Shown here: positions 1 through 9,791 of the stretch, piece after piece
Layout of the letters: each line of letters opens with the position of its first letter
Position numbering within the stretch: the stretch's first letter is position 1
Origin: Candidatus Latescibacterota bacterium
Lineage (GTDB): Bacteria; Latescibacterota; UBA2968; UBA8231
DNA length: 64,000 nucleotides
Assembly (NCBI GenBank): GCA_965223905.1
Contig: CBDCXV010000001.1
Span: 448,001 to 512,000, forward strand
Direction: 5' to 3'
The notes under the pieces: model-generated
Database searches by the model: none
The model's input: only the letters and a program-made list of their open reading frames with translations
Told to the model about the DNA's origin: nothing
Program-made: the position numbers and the translations under genes

Positions 1-2
1 AC

Positions 3-374
3 GGGCGCTACAAGGCGTTCCTTTTCGTCGGCGTCGCCTATCTCCTGACCGCCGTCCTCGGTTCGCTGCTGGTGCTCAAGATCAACGGCGTCGACTGGGG
101 CTTCCCGGTCAAGGGGGTCGTCTTGTCGACTGTAGCAGGAACCGCCGGCGCCATCGGGGCCTTCGGGGTACTGCTCGCCTTCGGGGCCAAGGGATCGCCG
201 GCCGTGGTGATGGCGATCGTCTTCGCCGGGGCCCCGGTCGTCAACGCCGTCGCCGCGATGATCTTGCACCCGCCCGCGGCCGGCCTCGGCGCGCTCAGCT
301 GGCCGTTCCTGCTCGGGATCGCCATGGCCGCAGGCGGCGGTTGCCTGGTCACCCTGTTCAGGCCGGGGTCGTAG
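3..374 (+). CDS. 5'-partial small membrane protein, DMT/EamA-like
   Basis: Frame open from base 3 (GRYKAFLFVGVAYLL...); several hydrophobic helices; GxxGAxG and 'PVVNA' motifs typical of DMT-like proteins. Confidence 0.6.
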   Translation, partial: GRYKAFLFVGVAYLLTAVLGSLLVLKINGVDWGFPVKGVVLSTVAGTAGAIGAFGVLLAFGAKGSPAVVMAIVFAGAPVVNAVAAMILHPPAAGLGALSWPFLLGIAMAAGGGCLVTLFRPGS

Positions 375-381
375 GCAGGCC

Positions 382-804
382 GTGGCCTCGGAGTTTCGCA
401 CCCGGCGCCGCATCGAGTTCGAGGACACCGACGCGGCCGGCATCGTCCACTTCTCCCGTTTCCACGTGTTCATGGAGCAGGCCGAGCACGCCTTCCTGCG
501 TTCCCTCGGCCTCAGCGTGCACATGCATTTCGAAGGCGACCTGGTGAGCTGGCCGCGAATGGCCTCCTCCTGCGAGTTCTACGCCGCGGCGAGGTTCGAG
601 GAGGTCGTCGACATCCACCTGCGAGTGGCGCGCATGGGTCCCCGGTCGGTGACCTACGCCTGCGATTTCTGGAAGGGGGAGGAGAAGCTGGCGAGCGGCG
701 AAATCTCTTCGGCCTGCTGCATCTGCAACCCTGGCGAGCCGATGCGGTCGATCGAGATCCCGGCCCTCATCGCCGCGCGGCTCGACGAGGCGCCGCCGCG
801 GTGA
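382..804 (+). CDS. Acyl-CoA thioesterase, 4HBT/YbgC hotdog family
   Basis: Motif RIEFEDTDAAGIVHFS; 140 aa. Confidence 0.9.
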   Translation: MASEFRTRRRIEFEDTDAAGIVHFSRFHVFMEQAEHAFLRSLGLSVHMHFEGDLVSWPRMASSCEFYAAARFEEVVDIHLRVARMGPRSVTYACDFWKGEEKLASGEISSACCICNPGEPMRSIEIPALIAARLDEAPPR

Positions 805-1517
805 GCGGCGACCGCGATCCCCATGGCGCCTCCCGGGCCGGGGGTTTCCGGCTCGAGGTCCGCGGCCTGCGCAAACAGTTCGAGCAGGGCGGGCAGTCGC
901 TGCGCGTCCTCGACGGGATCGACCTCGAGTTGGAGGCGGGCCAGTCGCTGGCGGTTACCGGCCCCTCCGGCTCGGGAAAGAGCACCCTTCTGCACATTCT
1001 CGGGACCCTCGACGAGCCGACCGGCGGGGCCGTGGAGATCGGCGGCCGCAACCCCTTCGCCCTGGCCGAACCGGAGCTGGCGCGGTTCCGCAACAAGGTG
1101 ATCGGCTTCGTCTTCCAGGACCACCACCTGCTGCCGCAGTACTCCGCCCTGGAGAACGTGCTGATTCCCGCGCTGGCCTTCGGCAGGCCGGACGCCGTCA
1201 GACAGCGGCGGGCGCGCGAGCTGCTCGAGCGCGTCGGCCTCGGCGAGCGGGCAGGGCACCGCCGCGCCGCCCTGTCGGGCGGGGAGTGCCAGCGGGTAGC
1301 GGTCGCCAGGGCGCTGATAAACGCCCCGCGCCTGCTGCTGTGTGACGAGCCGACAGGCAACCTCGACCGCGCCGCCGCCGGTTCGGTTGCCGACCTGTTG
1401 TTCGCGCTGCACCGGGAGGAGGGGAACATCCTGGTAGTGGTGACGCACAGCGAAGAGCTGGCCGCCCGCTGTGAACGGCGCATCGAGCTGATCCACGGGC
1501 GATGCGCCGAACGCTGA
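801..1517 (+). CDS. ABC transporter ATP-binding protein (LolD/MacB-like)
   Basis: Walker A GPSGSGKST, IGFVFQ, LSGGE, DEPTGNLD, VTH. Confidence 0.95.
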   Translation: MSGDRDPHGASRAGGFRLEVRGLRKQFEQGGQSLRVLDGIDLELEAGQSLAVTGPSGSGKSTLLHILGTLDEPTGGAVEIGGRNPFALAEPELARFRNKVIGFVFQDHHLLPQYSALENVLIPALAFGRPDAVRQRRARELLERVGLGERAGHRRAALSGGECQRVAVARALINAPRLLLCDEPTGNLDRAAAGSVADLLFALHREEGNILVVVTHSEELAARCERRIELIHGRCAER

Positions 1518-4500
1518 CGCATTTCTGGAAGATCAACGTCGCGGTCGCCCTCGGCGCCGCGGTGGCGACCGCGGTGCTGACCGGGGCCCTCCTGGTCGGC
1601 GATTCGGTGCGCGCCAGCCTCCGCTCCCTCGTCCTCGACCGCCTCGGATCCGTCGACTGCGCCCTCGTGGCGCCCCGGTTTTTCCGCGGTGGGCTCGCCA
1701 CCTCCCTGTCGATCGACGACGAGAGCGGCGCAGGTGCCGGGGTGGCGCCCGTCATCCTCCTCGAGGGGGCTGCCACCCACGCCCGCTCCCGGGCACGCGC
1801 CCCGGTGCAGATCCTCGGGGTCGACGACCGCTTCAGCGCTTTTTTCGGCGATAATGGCGGGCTCCCCGCGATGCACAGGCAGGGCCCGTTCCCGCCGGCG
1901 ATACTGAACGAGCGGCTGGCCGCAGAGCTCGGTGCCGCTGCCGGCGACGCGGTGCTGCTGGCGCTGCCGCGGCGTGCCGAGGTGCCGCGCGCGACGGTGT
2001 TCGGGCGCCGCGACTCCGAGGACGTGGTGCAGACCCTGCGGGTGGTGGTCGCCGCGATCATTCCGGACCGCGGACCCGGCGGCTTCGGGCTGCATCCTCA
2101 CCAGGCGGCGCCGCACAACGTCTATCTCGACCTCGGCGACCTGCAACGGGAGCTCGGTCTTCCCGGAAGGGCGAACGCGCTGCTGGCCAGGTACCCGGGG
2201 GTTTCGGGCACTATCGCCTCCGCCGCCCTGCAACGGGATTTGCAAGCGGCCCTGGGCCTGACCGACCTCGGCCTGGTCCTGCGGGAGCTGCCGGGCCGCG
2301 GCCTCTTCGCCCTCGAGAGCGAGCAGTTCATCCTCGGCGACGCGCGCGCCGGCCTGGCCGCCGCGGCCGCATCCGGGCTCGGCATTCCCCGGCTGCCGCT
2401 CTTCACCTACCTCGCCAACAGTCTGTCCGCGGGCGAGCGCTCGCTGCCGTACTCGACAGTCTCCGCCCTCGGCGAGGGCGCTTTCGGCGGCGGTTTCGGT
2501 GAGATGCTTCTGGCCGGCGGCGGGCGGTTGCCGCCACTGCGGGAAGGGGAGATCGCCCTCAACGAGTGGGCGGCCGCGGACCTCGCCGTTGTCGTAGGGG
2601 ATTCCCTGCGCCTGGAGTACTTCGTCGTCGACGAGGGGGAGCAGCTGTCGGAAAGGTCCGCCCGCCTGCGGGTCGCCGGCGTTCTGCAGATGCGCGGCCT
2701 TGCCGCGGACCCGGGGCTGACCCCCCGCTATCCCGGCATTCAGGACGCCCGCGACATGTCGGCGTGGTCGCCGCCGTTCCCCCTCGACCTCGACCGCATC
2801 CGCCCCCGGGACGAGGCGTACTGGGACGAGTACGGGGCGGCGCCCAAAGCGTTCGTCTCCGAGGGGACCGGAAAAAAGCTCTGGGGCAGCCGCCACGGCA
2901 GCCTCACCGCCCTGAGACTCGGCGCCAGGCCGGGGGAGCCCCCGGCGGCTGCGGCCGCGGCCTTCGAGCGCGCCTATCTCGCCGCGGTGCAACCGCAGCG
3001 GTTGGGGATGAGCTTCATCCCGGTGCGGGAGCGCAGCCTGAAGGCCGCAGACGGGGCCACCGATTTCGGCGGGCTCTTCATCGGCTTCAGCCTGTTCCTG
3101 ATCGCCGCCGCGGCGATGCTGATGGGACTCCTGTTCCGCCTCGGGGTCGAGCAGCGGGTGCGGGAGATGGGGCTTCTGCGCGCTCTGGGCATGCCGCTGC
3201 GGCGCGTGCGCCGCCGGTTTCTCGGCGAAGGTCTGGCGGTCGCCGCCCTCGGTGGGCTGCTCGGAACCGCCGCCGCCGTCGCCTACGCCGGGATGATGAT
3301 GGCCGGGCTGCGCACCTTGTGGCGCGAGGCCGTCGGAACGGCGCACCTGTCCCTGACCGTCACCCCCGCCACCCTGGCCATCGGCTACGCCGCCTCGCTC
3401 ATCGTCGCCGCCGCGGTCGTCGCCTGGACGGTGAGGACCCTCGGCCGCCTGGCGCCCCGCGCCCTGCTGGCAGGCGAACCCTCCCGCCCTTCCACGCGCC
3501 GCGGAAAAGGTGCGTTACTGTTCGCCGCCGGGGCCGCCCTCGCCGCGGGCGCCCTGTCCGCAGCCGGGTCGCTGGTCTCCGCGGCGACGGCCAGCGTCCT
3601 CTTCTTCGCCAGCGGGGCGCTGCTCCTCGCCGCCGGGGTGGCCGGGTTTGCGAGCTGGCTGAGAACCGGAGGGGGCCCTGCATCCGGACTGCCGCCGACG
3701 ACCCTCGGGCTGGCGGTCACATCCACGCGGCGTCAGCCGGGACGCAGCCTGCTGGCTGCCGGCCTGGTGGCCTGCGCCTGTTTCGCGATCACTGCGGTGG
3801 CGGCCAACCGCCGCGCCGGCCTGCCGGACGCAGCCGCACTGGAGAGGGACTCCGGCACCGGCGGCTACGCCGTGAGGGCGAAAGCCGACATCCCCGTGTT
3901 TACGGATCTCAACGAAGACGACGGGCTGATCGAAGAGGGGTTCACTCCGGAAGAGCGAGCCATGCTCGGCGGCTCCCGCATCTTCCGCCTGCGCGGCTCC
4001 CCCGGAGAGGACGTGAGCTGCCTCAACCTCTACAAACCGGCGCGGCCTACCCTGCTCGGCCTGCCTGCCGGCTTCATCGAACGCGGCGGTTTCCGGTTCG
4101 CGGAGGCCGCTCCGGAAGCCGGGTCCAACCCCTGGGAGCTGCTCACCGAAGAGCTGGAACCCGGAGTGGTGCCGGCGATCGGCGACTACAACTCCGTGCG
4201 CTGGATCCTCCATTCCGGCCTCGGGGAGGAGATCCTGCTTGCGGACGAGAGTGGCGGCGAGCTGAGACTGCGCCTGGTCGGGCTGCTCCAGGGCAGCATT
4301 TTCCAGAGCGAGATCCTGGTATCGGAGGAGCAGTTCAAGCGCCACTTCCCGGGCGCCGAAGGCTACCGCTACTTCCTGGTCGAGGGGGGACAGCAGGAGC
4401 CGGCCTTGACCGCCGCCCTGCTCGAACGGCGCATGGAGACGTACGGACTCGAGGCGACGGCAACTCCATCCCTGCTTGCGCGCTTCGGGGCGGTCGAGAA

Positions 4501-4882
4501 CACCTACCTGTCGACCTTCCAGACCTTGGGCGGGTTCGGGCTGTTGCTGGGAACCGTCGGGCTGGCCCTGGTGCTGCTGCGCAACGCCATCGAGCGCAGC
4601 GGCGAGCTGGCCGCATGGCGCGCCTGCGGGTTCAGCCGCGCGCGCCTGCGGAGCATCCTGGTGCTGGAGAATGCGTTTCTGCTGCTGGCCGGCGCCGCAA
4701 TCGGAACGGTTGCCGCCCTGGTCGCCGTGGCCCCTCACCTGGCCGTGCACTTGAGCGGCATTCCCTGGGGATCGCTGGCGGCGACGCTGGCAGCGGTGCT
4801 GGGGTTCGGGGTTTGCGCCGCAGCGGCCGCCTCGGGGTTCGTCCTGCGCCAGCCGCTGCTCCCGGCCTTGAGAAGGGAGTAG
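1502..4882 (+). CDS. Large FtsX-like ABC transporter permease
   Basis: 1126 aa; two FtsX-type repeats (REMGLLRALG, GELAAWRACG) with large extracytoplasmic loops; overlaps ATPase gene. Confidence 0.9.
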   Translation: MRRTLTHFWKINVAVALGAAVATAVLTGALLVGDSVRASLRSLVLDRLGSVDCALVAPRFFRGGLATSLSIDDESGAGAGVAPVILLEGAATHARSRARAPVQILGVDDRFSAFFGDNGGLPAMHRQGPFPPAILNERLAAELGAAAGDAVLLALPRRAEVPRATVFGRRDSEDVVQTLRVVVAAIIPDRGPGGFGLHPHQAAPHNVYLDLGDLQRELGLPGRANALLARYPGVSGTIASAALQRDLQAALGLTDLGLVLRELPGRGLFALESEQFILGDARAGLAAAAASGLGIPRLPLFTYLANSLSAGERSLPYSTVSALGEGAFGGGFGEMLLAGGGRLPPLREGEIALNEWAAADLAVVVGDSLRLEYFVVDEGEQLSERSARLRVAGVLQMRGLAADPGLTPRYPGIQDARDMSAWSPPFPLDLDRIRPRDEAYWDEYGAAPKAFVSEGTGKKLWGSRHGSLTALRLGARPGEPPAAAAAAFERAYLAAVQPQRLGMSFIPVRERSLKAADGATDFGGLFIGFSLFLIAAAAMLMGLLFRLGVEQRVREMGLLRALGMPLRRVRRRFLGEGLAVAALGGLLGTAAAVAYAGMMMAGLRTLWREAVGTAHLSLTVTPATLAIGYAASLIVAAAVVAWTVRTLGRLAPRALLAGEPSRPSTRRGKGALLFAAGAALAAGALSAAGSLVSAATASVLFFASGALLLAAGVAGFASWLRTGGGPASGLPPTTLGLAVTSTRRQPGRSLLAAGLVACACFAITAVAANRRAGLPDAAALERDSGTGGYAVRAKADIPVFTDLNEDDGLIEEGFTPEERAMLGGSRIFRLRGSPGEDVSCLNLYKPARPTLLGLPAGFIERGGFRFAEAAPEAGSNPWELLTEELEPGVVPAIGDYNSVRWILHSGLGEEILLADESGGELRLRLVGLLQGSIFQSEILVSEEQFKRHFPGAEGYRYFLVEGGQQEPALTAALLERRMETYGLEATATPSLLARFGAVENTYLSTFQTLGGFGLLLGTVGLALVLLRNAIERSGELAAWRACGFSRARLRSILVLENAFLLLAGAAIGTVAALVAVAPHLAVHLSGIPWGSLAATLAAVLGFGVCAAAAASGFVLRQPLLPALRRE

Positions 4883-4930
4883 CCGCGTACCGGTCGTCCC
4901 CGGAAGCAGCGGCTCGAATCGAGGTAAGAA

Positions 4931-5923
4931 ATGGTGACAGAAAGCCACGCGTCCACGATCGCCGTCGACGGTCTCTCGAAGACCTACCGGGTTCCGGTGC
5001 GCCAACCGGGCCTGGCCAATGCCTTCAAGAGCATCTTCAGACGCGAGACCCGCGAAGTCGAGGCGGTAAGGGAGATCTCGTTCTCCGTCGCAGCCGGGGA
5101 GGTGGTCGGCTTCCTGGGCCCCAACGGGGCCGGCAAGACGACGACCCTCAAGATGCTGTCCGGCCTGCTCAATCCCGACGCCGGGAGGGCATCCGTTCTC
5201 GGACACGAACCGTACCGCCGAGAGCGCGATTTCCTCAGACAGATCACGCTGGTCATGGGGAATCGAAACCAGCTGATCTGGGACATTCCCGTTTCCGATT
5301 CGTTCGAGCGCAATCGCGCCATCTACCGGCTGCCGTCCGCATCGTTCAAGGAAACGGTGGCAGGCCTGACCGACCTGCTCGAACTCGGAGAGCTGCTCGA
5401 CAAACCGGTGCGCAACCTCTCCCTCGGGGAGCGGATGAAGTGTGAAATCGCCGCGGCGCTGCTGCACAGACCGAAGATCCTCTTTCTCGACGAACCGACC
5501 ATCGGACTCGACGTCACCATGCAGCGCCGGATTCGCGCCTTTGTCGCCGAGTACAACCGGATCTTCAACGCCACCGTCCTGTTGACGAGCCACTACATGG
5601 CCGACGTCGAAGCCCTCTGCCAGCGCGTCATCGTCATCCACCACGGGCAGCTGCTGTTCGACGGCGACCTCGCCGACCTCGTGGAGCGTTTCGCTCCCCA
5701 CAAGACGATCGTCGTCGAGTTGGAAAGGGAAGGAGTCGACGTGACCCGGTTCGGGGAAGTGGTCGGCAGCGAAGGGCTGCGGCACACCCTGCTGGTGCCC
5801 AAGGAGGAGACCGCGCGCGTCACCGGTGAACTGCTGGCCGAGCTGCCGGTGGCCGACCTCACGGTCGAAGATCCCCCGATCGAGGAAGTGATCGAGCAGG
5901 TGTTCGCGCAGGAGGCGCCATGA
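4931..5923 (+). CDS. ABC-2 type exporter ATP-binding protein
   Basis: GPNGAGKTT, LSLGERMK, DEPTIGLD, TSH. Confidence 0.95.
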   Translation: MVTESHASTIAVDGLSKTYRVPVRQPGLANAFKSIFRRETREVEAVREISFSVAAGEVVGFLGPNGAGKTTTLKMLSGLLNPDAGRASVLGHEPYRRERDFLRQITLVMGNRNQLIWDIPVSDSFERNRAIYRLPSASFKETVAGLTDLLELGELLDKPVRNLSLGERMKCEIAAALLHRPKILFLDEPTIGLDVTMQRRIRAFVAEYNRIFNATVLLTSHYMADVEALCQRVIVIHHGQLLFDGDLADLVERFAPHKTIVVELEREGVDVTRFGEVVGSEGLRHTLLVPKEETARVTGELLAELPVADLTVEDPPIEEVIEQVFAQEAP

Positions 5924-6723
5924 TCGCGCTGGGCCGCATCTACGGCGTTCTGTTGAAGACCGACCTGGCGGTGATGATGCAGTACCGGGCGGCGATGCTG
6001 ATCTATCTCATCGGCGGGGTGCTGCAACCGGTCGTCTACCTCGTGGTCTGGCTGACGGTTGCCGAGGCCAGGGGAGGCACTGTCGGCGACTTCGACAAGG
6101 GGGAGCTGGCCGCCTACTACATCGCCTTCATGCTGGTCAGTCACGTGACCTTCGACTGGCACATGTTCGAGATGGGATGGCGCGTTCGCAGCGGCTCCTT
6201 TTCCCCTATTCTGTTGCAACCGCTGCACCCGCTGCACCGAGATCTTTCCGAGAACGTGTCGTACAAACTGCTGACCCTGTCGGTCATGGTTCCGGTTGCC
6301 GGTCTCCTCGTCTGGTTCTTCGAACCGGAGTTCCCGGCATCGGCCTGGGCATGGGGCGCTTTCGTGCCCGCCCTGGTGTTCGCATTTCTCGTGCGCTTCC
6401 TGGTCGAGTGGACGGTTGCCCTTCTCGCCTTCTGGATCACCGACACGTCCGGTTTGAACCAGGTCTACTACATCTCGGTAACCTTCCTGGCCGGCAGAAT
6501 GGCCCCCCTGTCGCTGATGCCGGAGTGGGTGCAGAACGCCGCGGCGCTGCTGCCTTTCAAGTGGATGGTGGCGTTTCCGGTCGAGCTTCTTCTCGGGCGC
6601 CTGACCCCGCGGGAAGCGGTCGACGGGTTCATCGCCCAGGGGGCCTGGCTGGTCCTGGCGCTGGCGCTACTGAGCCTGTCCTGGAGCCGCGCCGTGAAGA
6701 GATACTCGGCGGTGGGAGCATGA
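5920..6723 (+). CDS. ABC-2 family permease (DUF990 type)
   Basis: QYRA N-terminal motif, ~6 TM helices, ATGA overlap with ATPase. Confidence 0.9.
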   Translation: MIALGRIYGVLLKTDLAVMMQYRAAMLIYLIGGVLQPVVYLVVWLTVAEARGGTVGDFDKGELAAYYIAFMLVSHVTFDWHMFEMGWRVRSGSFSPILLQPLHPLHRDLSENVSYKLLTLSVMVPVAGLLVWFFEPEFPASAWAWGAFVPALVFAFLVRFLVEWTVALLAFWITDTSGLNQVYYISVTFLAGRMAPLSLMPEWVQNAAALLPFKWMVAFPVELLLGRLTPREAVDGFIAQGAWLVLALALLSLSWSRAVKRYSAVGA

Positions 6724-7505
6724 GCATCCTGAGGCTGCTCTGCGTCTTCTTTCGCATCGGTCTGCTCAACGAGCTGCAGTACCGGGCGAATTTCCTGCTT
6801 CAGCTGTTCAAGACCCTCTTCAACTTCGCCTGGTCGATCGGGGCGGTCGCCGTCGTTTTCGGGCATACGGATGATCTAAACGGCTGGCAGCCGGCCGAAG
6901 TAGTCGCCCTGCTGGGGGTGTTCGTGCTGATGGGGGGACTGATCGGCGTCGTGGTTCAGCCGAGCATGGAGAAATTCATCGAAGACGTGCGGGAAGGGAC
7001 CCTCGATTTCACACTGACAAAGCCGGAGGAGGCGCAGGTGCTGGTCAGTGTCAGCCAGGTGCGGGTCTGGCGCCTCCTCGACGTCGTCGCCGGTCCCGTC
7101 ATCATCGCCGCGGCCCTGTACCACCTGGGGCGCGGCGTCGGCCCGGAGGCGGCGGTGCAGTTCGGCGTCGCGCTGTCAGCCGGGAGCGTGATCATGTACA
7201 GCTTCTGGCTGATTCTGGCGACCATCTCGTTCTGGTTCATCCGCATCGAGAACATACTGATGATTTTCCAGAACATGTACGACGCGGCGCGCTGGCCGGT
7301 CACCATCTACCCGGGGTGGCTGCGGGCGGCGCTGACGTTCCTCGTCCCGGTGACCTTTGCGGTTACCGTGCCGGCGCAGGCGTTGGTGGGGCGGCTCACT
7401 GGGGACTTCCTGATCGCTACCGTGGCGCTTGCCCTGGTCTTGCTCGCCGGCTCGCGGCTGTTCTGGAAAATCGGGGTGCGCCACTATTCCGGCGCCTCGG
7501 CATGA
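6720..7505 (+). CDS. ABC-2 family permease (DUF990 type), second subunit
   Basis: Start MSILRLL at ATGA overlap (6720); QYRANF, GTLDFTLTKP, WPVTIYP motifs. Confidence 0.9.
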   Translation: MSILRLLCVFFRIGLLNELQYRANFLLQLFKTLFNFAWSIGAVAVVFGHTDDLNGWQPAEVVALLGVFVLMGGLIGVVVQPSMEKFIEDVREGTLDFTLTKPEEAQVLVSVSQVRVWRLLDVVAGPVIIAAALYHLGRGVGPEAAVQFGVALSAGSVIMYSFWLILATISFWFIRIENILMIFQNMYDAARWPVTIYPGWLRAALTFLVPVTFAVTVPAQALVGRLTGDFLIATVALALVLLAGSRLFWKIGVRHYSGASA

Positions 7506-7653
7506 GGACTTTTGAAGGCGAGGCGGTGATCGCGGGCGGCAACGAACCGGCCATTCCCCGGAAAATCTGGAAAGACAATTGCATCTGATCCCTGCCTGAA
7601 AGAAAAAAAGGGCGCATCGAATCGGATCGGTGGGCCCCTTTGTGTCTTGTGGG

Positions 7654-8046
7654 TTACTCGTTTTCTGTAGACGGGGTGATAAGACTGAGCTTTCCCGACA
7701 GATCAACGCCGCAAATAAACGGCCGCGGCGTCGTGGCGAAGGAGCTCTCCATCTTCTCCAGCGTCAGGACAAGAAGCTTCAGGTATTGCCAGCGGGTTGG
7801 GTCTTTTTTCTGCGTGAGGAAGAAGCAACCTTTTCCGTTTCCGAGGATGGCTCGCCGTTCCCCTGGACGGGTCCTGATTTTCTTGTCGCGTGTGATGACG
7901 AGCCAGCCCTCGGCACCTGCAACCGGCAGCCAATCAGTGTCCTTGGTGTCGTGCTGAAAGCGATCCTCCAACCAGAGTACATCATCTCGCACTGCTTTGA
8001 GCGCAGTGGCAACACTCTTGGGGATCGAGCGATCTATAAAGATCAT
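7654..8046 (-). CDS. PIN-domain toxin, VapC45-like
   Basis: IFIDRSI...DTKDTDWL...GWLVITRDKKIR, the VapC45/PIN-like pattern; coupled to upstream DUF433 gene. Confidence 0.85.
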   Translation of the reverse strand: MIFIDRSIPKSVATALKAVRDDVLWLEDRFQHDTKDTDWLPVAGAEGWLVITRDKKIRTRPGERRAILGNGKGCFFLTQKKDPTRWQYLKLLVLTLEKMESSFATTPRPFICGVDLSGKLSLITPSTENE

Positions 8047-8717
8047 GCAGCACGTTGCAACTCAAACTGAAGCGCACGCGCAACATGAAGCGGTTCGATA
8101 TTGAAGTCCGCTGAGATTTGCTCGTTTAGATCGCCCGCTTTGAATCGCTCCAGGATGATCTCGGTGCGCACTCCGGATCTTTCTACTACAGGAAAGCCGA
8201 AACCGTACTCCGGATCGATGACAACGAGGGCACTGCGTCCCAAGGGCCACCAGCGCGCTACAAGCTCTCCAGCGTACTCCAACTCCTCCAGGAACGGCTC
8301 CAACACCTGAATCCACGCCTGCATCCGCTTCTTTCGCCCCACTTCGATCAGGACATCCTCACGATTAACGAACACCTCGCGGCCGCCCGTCTTGAACCGC
8401 AATGTCGCTAGTGGACGTGGAACCTCCAGAATTTCCTGGCAATTGAGGACTATCTCGCGAACCATCCGCAGTGAAAAGCCCATCTCTTTCAGGCGTCCGA
8501 TAGCGGCAATCTCCACGAGATCGGTAAACGAGACGATCTCCTGCTCTTCTGCCCGTTGTACGCCGGGAGTGACAGGTGGTCGGACAACCCGCTGGCCGCG
8601 GGTATCGAAATAGGTATACCCCTCAAGCCAGCGCTTTGCAGTTCCACGGCTCACGTTGGCGAGGTAGTCTGCATCCGCAAAGCTGTAAAGAGGCCGGATA
8701 GCAAGGGTATCGTCCAC
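8043..8717 (-). CDS. Antitoxin VapB45-like (HTH + DUF433)
   Basis: N-terminal PLYSFADA...TAKRW, SFTDLVE; C-terminal IDPEYGFGFPVV...GVRTE DUF433 motif. Confidence 0.85.
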   Translation of the reverse strand: MDDTLAIRPLYSFADADYLANVSRGTAKRWLEGYTYFDTRGQRVVRPPVTPGVQRAEEQEIVSFTDLVEIAAIGRLKEMGFSLRMVREIVLNCQEILEVPRPLATLRFKTGGREVFVNREDVLIEVGRKKRMQAWIQVLEPFLEELEYAGELVARWWPLGRSALVVIDPEYGFGFPVVERSGVRTEIILERFKAGDLNEQISADFNIEPLHVARALQFELQRAA

Positions 8718-8937
8718 TGCTCTTCTCCTATCCGCTTACCTGTAGCATAAGTGTGTGGAGCCCTGCCATGCAGGGATCAAATTTAGTTCTACTGGTGGCT
8801 TGGCGATGCTGCCCCCCGGGCTTTCCCCGTCCTGCTTGATCTGATCCAATCCGGGGTCTGGCGAGGCGGTTGGGGGTAGAACTTACACCGCCTCCAATAC
8901 CGTGGAAATACATGGAGCATCAACCGAAAAAGTGGAA

Positions 8938-9750
8938 TCAGGCCGCCGCTTCCGCGGCGATCGGAACGTACTCCGGGAACACCTGCGGCCAGCACTGGCC
9001 TGTTTGGTTGTGGACGGTCTTCGCGTCTATGTAGCAAACGCTGAAAGCGCGGCGGGGCCTGTCGGTGGTGTTGGGCTCGGAGCGGTGCAGGGTCCAGTTG
9101 TGAAGGAGCACCACCTCACCCCGCTCCAGCTCGAGGTGCAGGCGCTTTTCGTCCGAGGCGTGCACGGGAATCTGCTCGGGGTAGAGCCCGTCGTGATTGG
9201 CGTTGATCATCGACTTGTGGGACCCTGGGACTATCTGGAGGCAGCCGTTGACCACCGAGGTCGCGTCGAGCGCCGTCCAGATGGTGACCACCGGGGAAAT
9301 GCTCAGGCCCCAGCTGCCGGTCCCGTCCTGGTGCCAGTTGAGCAGGGTCCCGCGCCCGGCCGGCTTGTTCATGAACATCGAGCGGAACGACGAGACCCTG
9401 TCGCCGATGATCTTGCGGGTGATGTCGCGGAACAGCGGCTGCTGGATGTAGGCGAGAAATAGCGGGTCCTGTTCGAGGTCTTGGATCTTGCGGTACGTGA
9501 GAGACGAGCCCTTGAACACCTTGGTCTGCCTCGCCTTCTCGGGATCCCCGGCGGACGGACACAGCTGCATCATCATGTTCGGGTAGCTCACCTCACCCAG
9601 CATGATCTCGTCGATGCGGTCGCAGAGCGCTTCGATCTCCGCCAGCGGGGCGACGCGGCCGAGCCGGACGTAGCCGTTCTCCCGCCAGTCTGACAGCTCG
9701 CTCTCGCTGATGGCCGGGGGGTGCAGCGCTTCCTCGTTGTTTCTCGTCAT
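8938..9750 (-). CDS. Phytanoyl-CoA dioxygenase (PhyH) family Fe(II)/2OG oxygenase
   Basis: WRENGY, WHQD, NGCLQIVPGSH, LHRSEPN; start MTRNNEE after GAGG. Confidence 0.9.
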   Translation of the reverse strand: MTRNNEEALHPPAISESELSDWRENGYVRLGRVAPLAEIEALCDRIDEIMLGEVSYPNMMMQLCPSAGDPEKARQTKVFKGSSLTYRKIQDLEQDPLFLAYIQQPLFRDITRKIIGDRVSSFRSMFMNKPAGRGTLLNWHQDGTGSWGLSISPVVTIWTALDATSVVNGCLQIVPGSHKSMINANHDGLYPEQIPVHASDEKRLHLELERGEVVLLHNWTLHRSEPNTTDRPRRAFSVCYIDAKTVHNQTGQCWPQVFPEYVPIAAEAAA

Positions 9751-9791
9751 TGGGAAACCTCGTTCCGTCGGGTTGTCGATAGGGATGGATC

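Noticed and set aside
767-5785. Very long antisense or off-frame ORFs (767-3346, 2566-5445, 3515-5785 and many similar across the window)
   Set aside because: Shadow ORFs of high-GC genes; Arg/Pro/Gly-rich, no motifs, overlap confident CDSs
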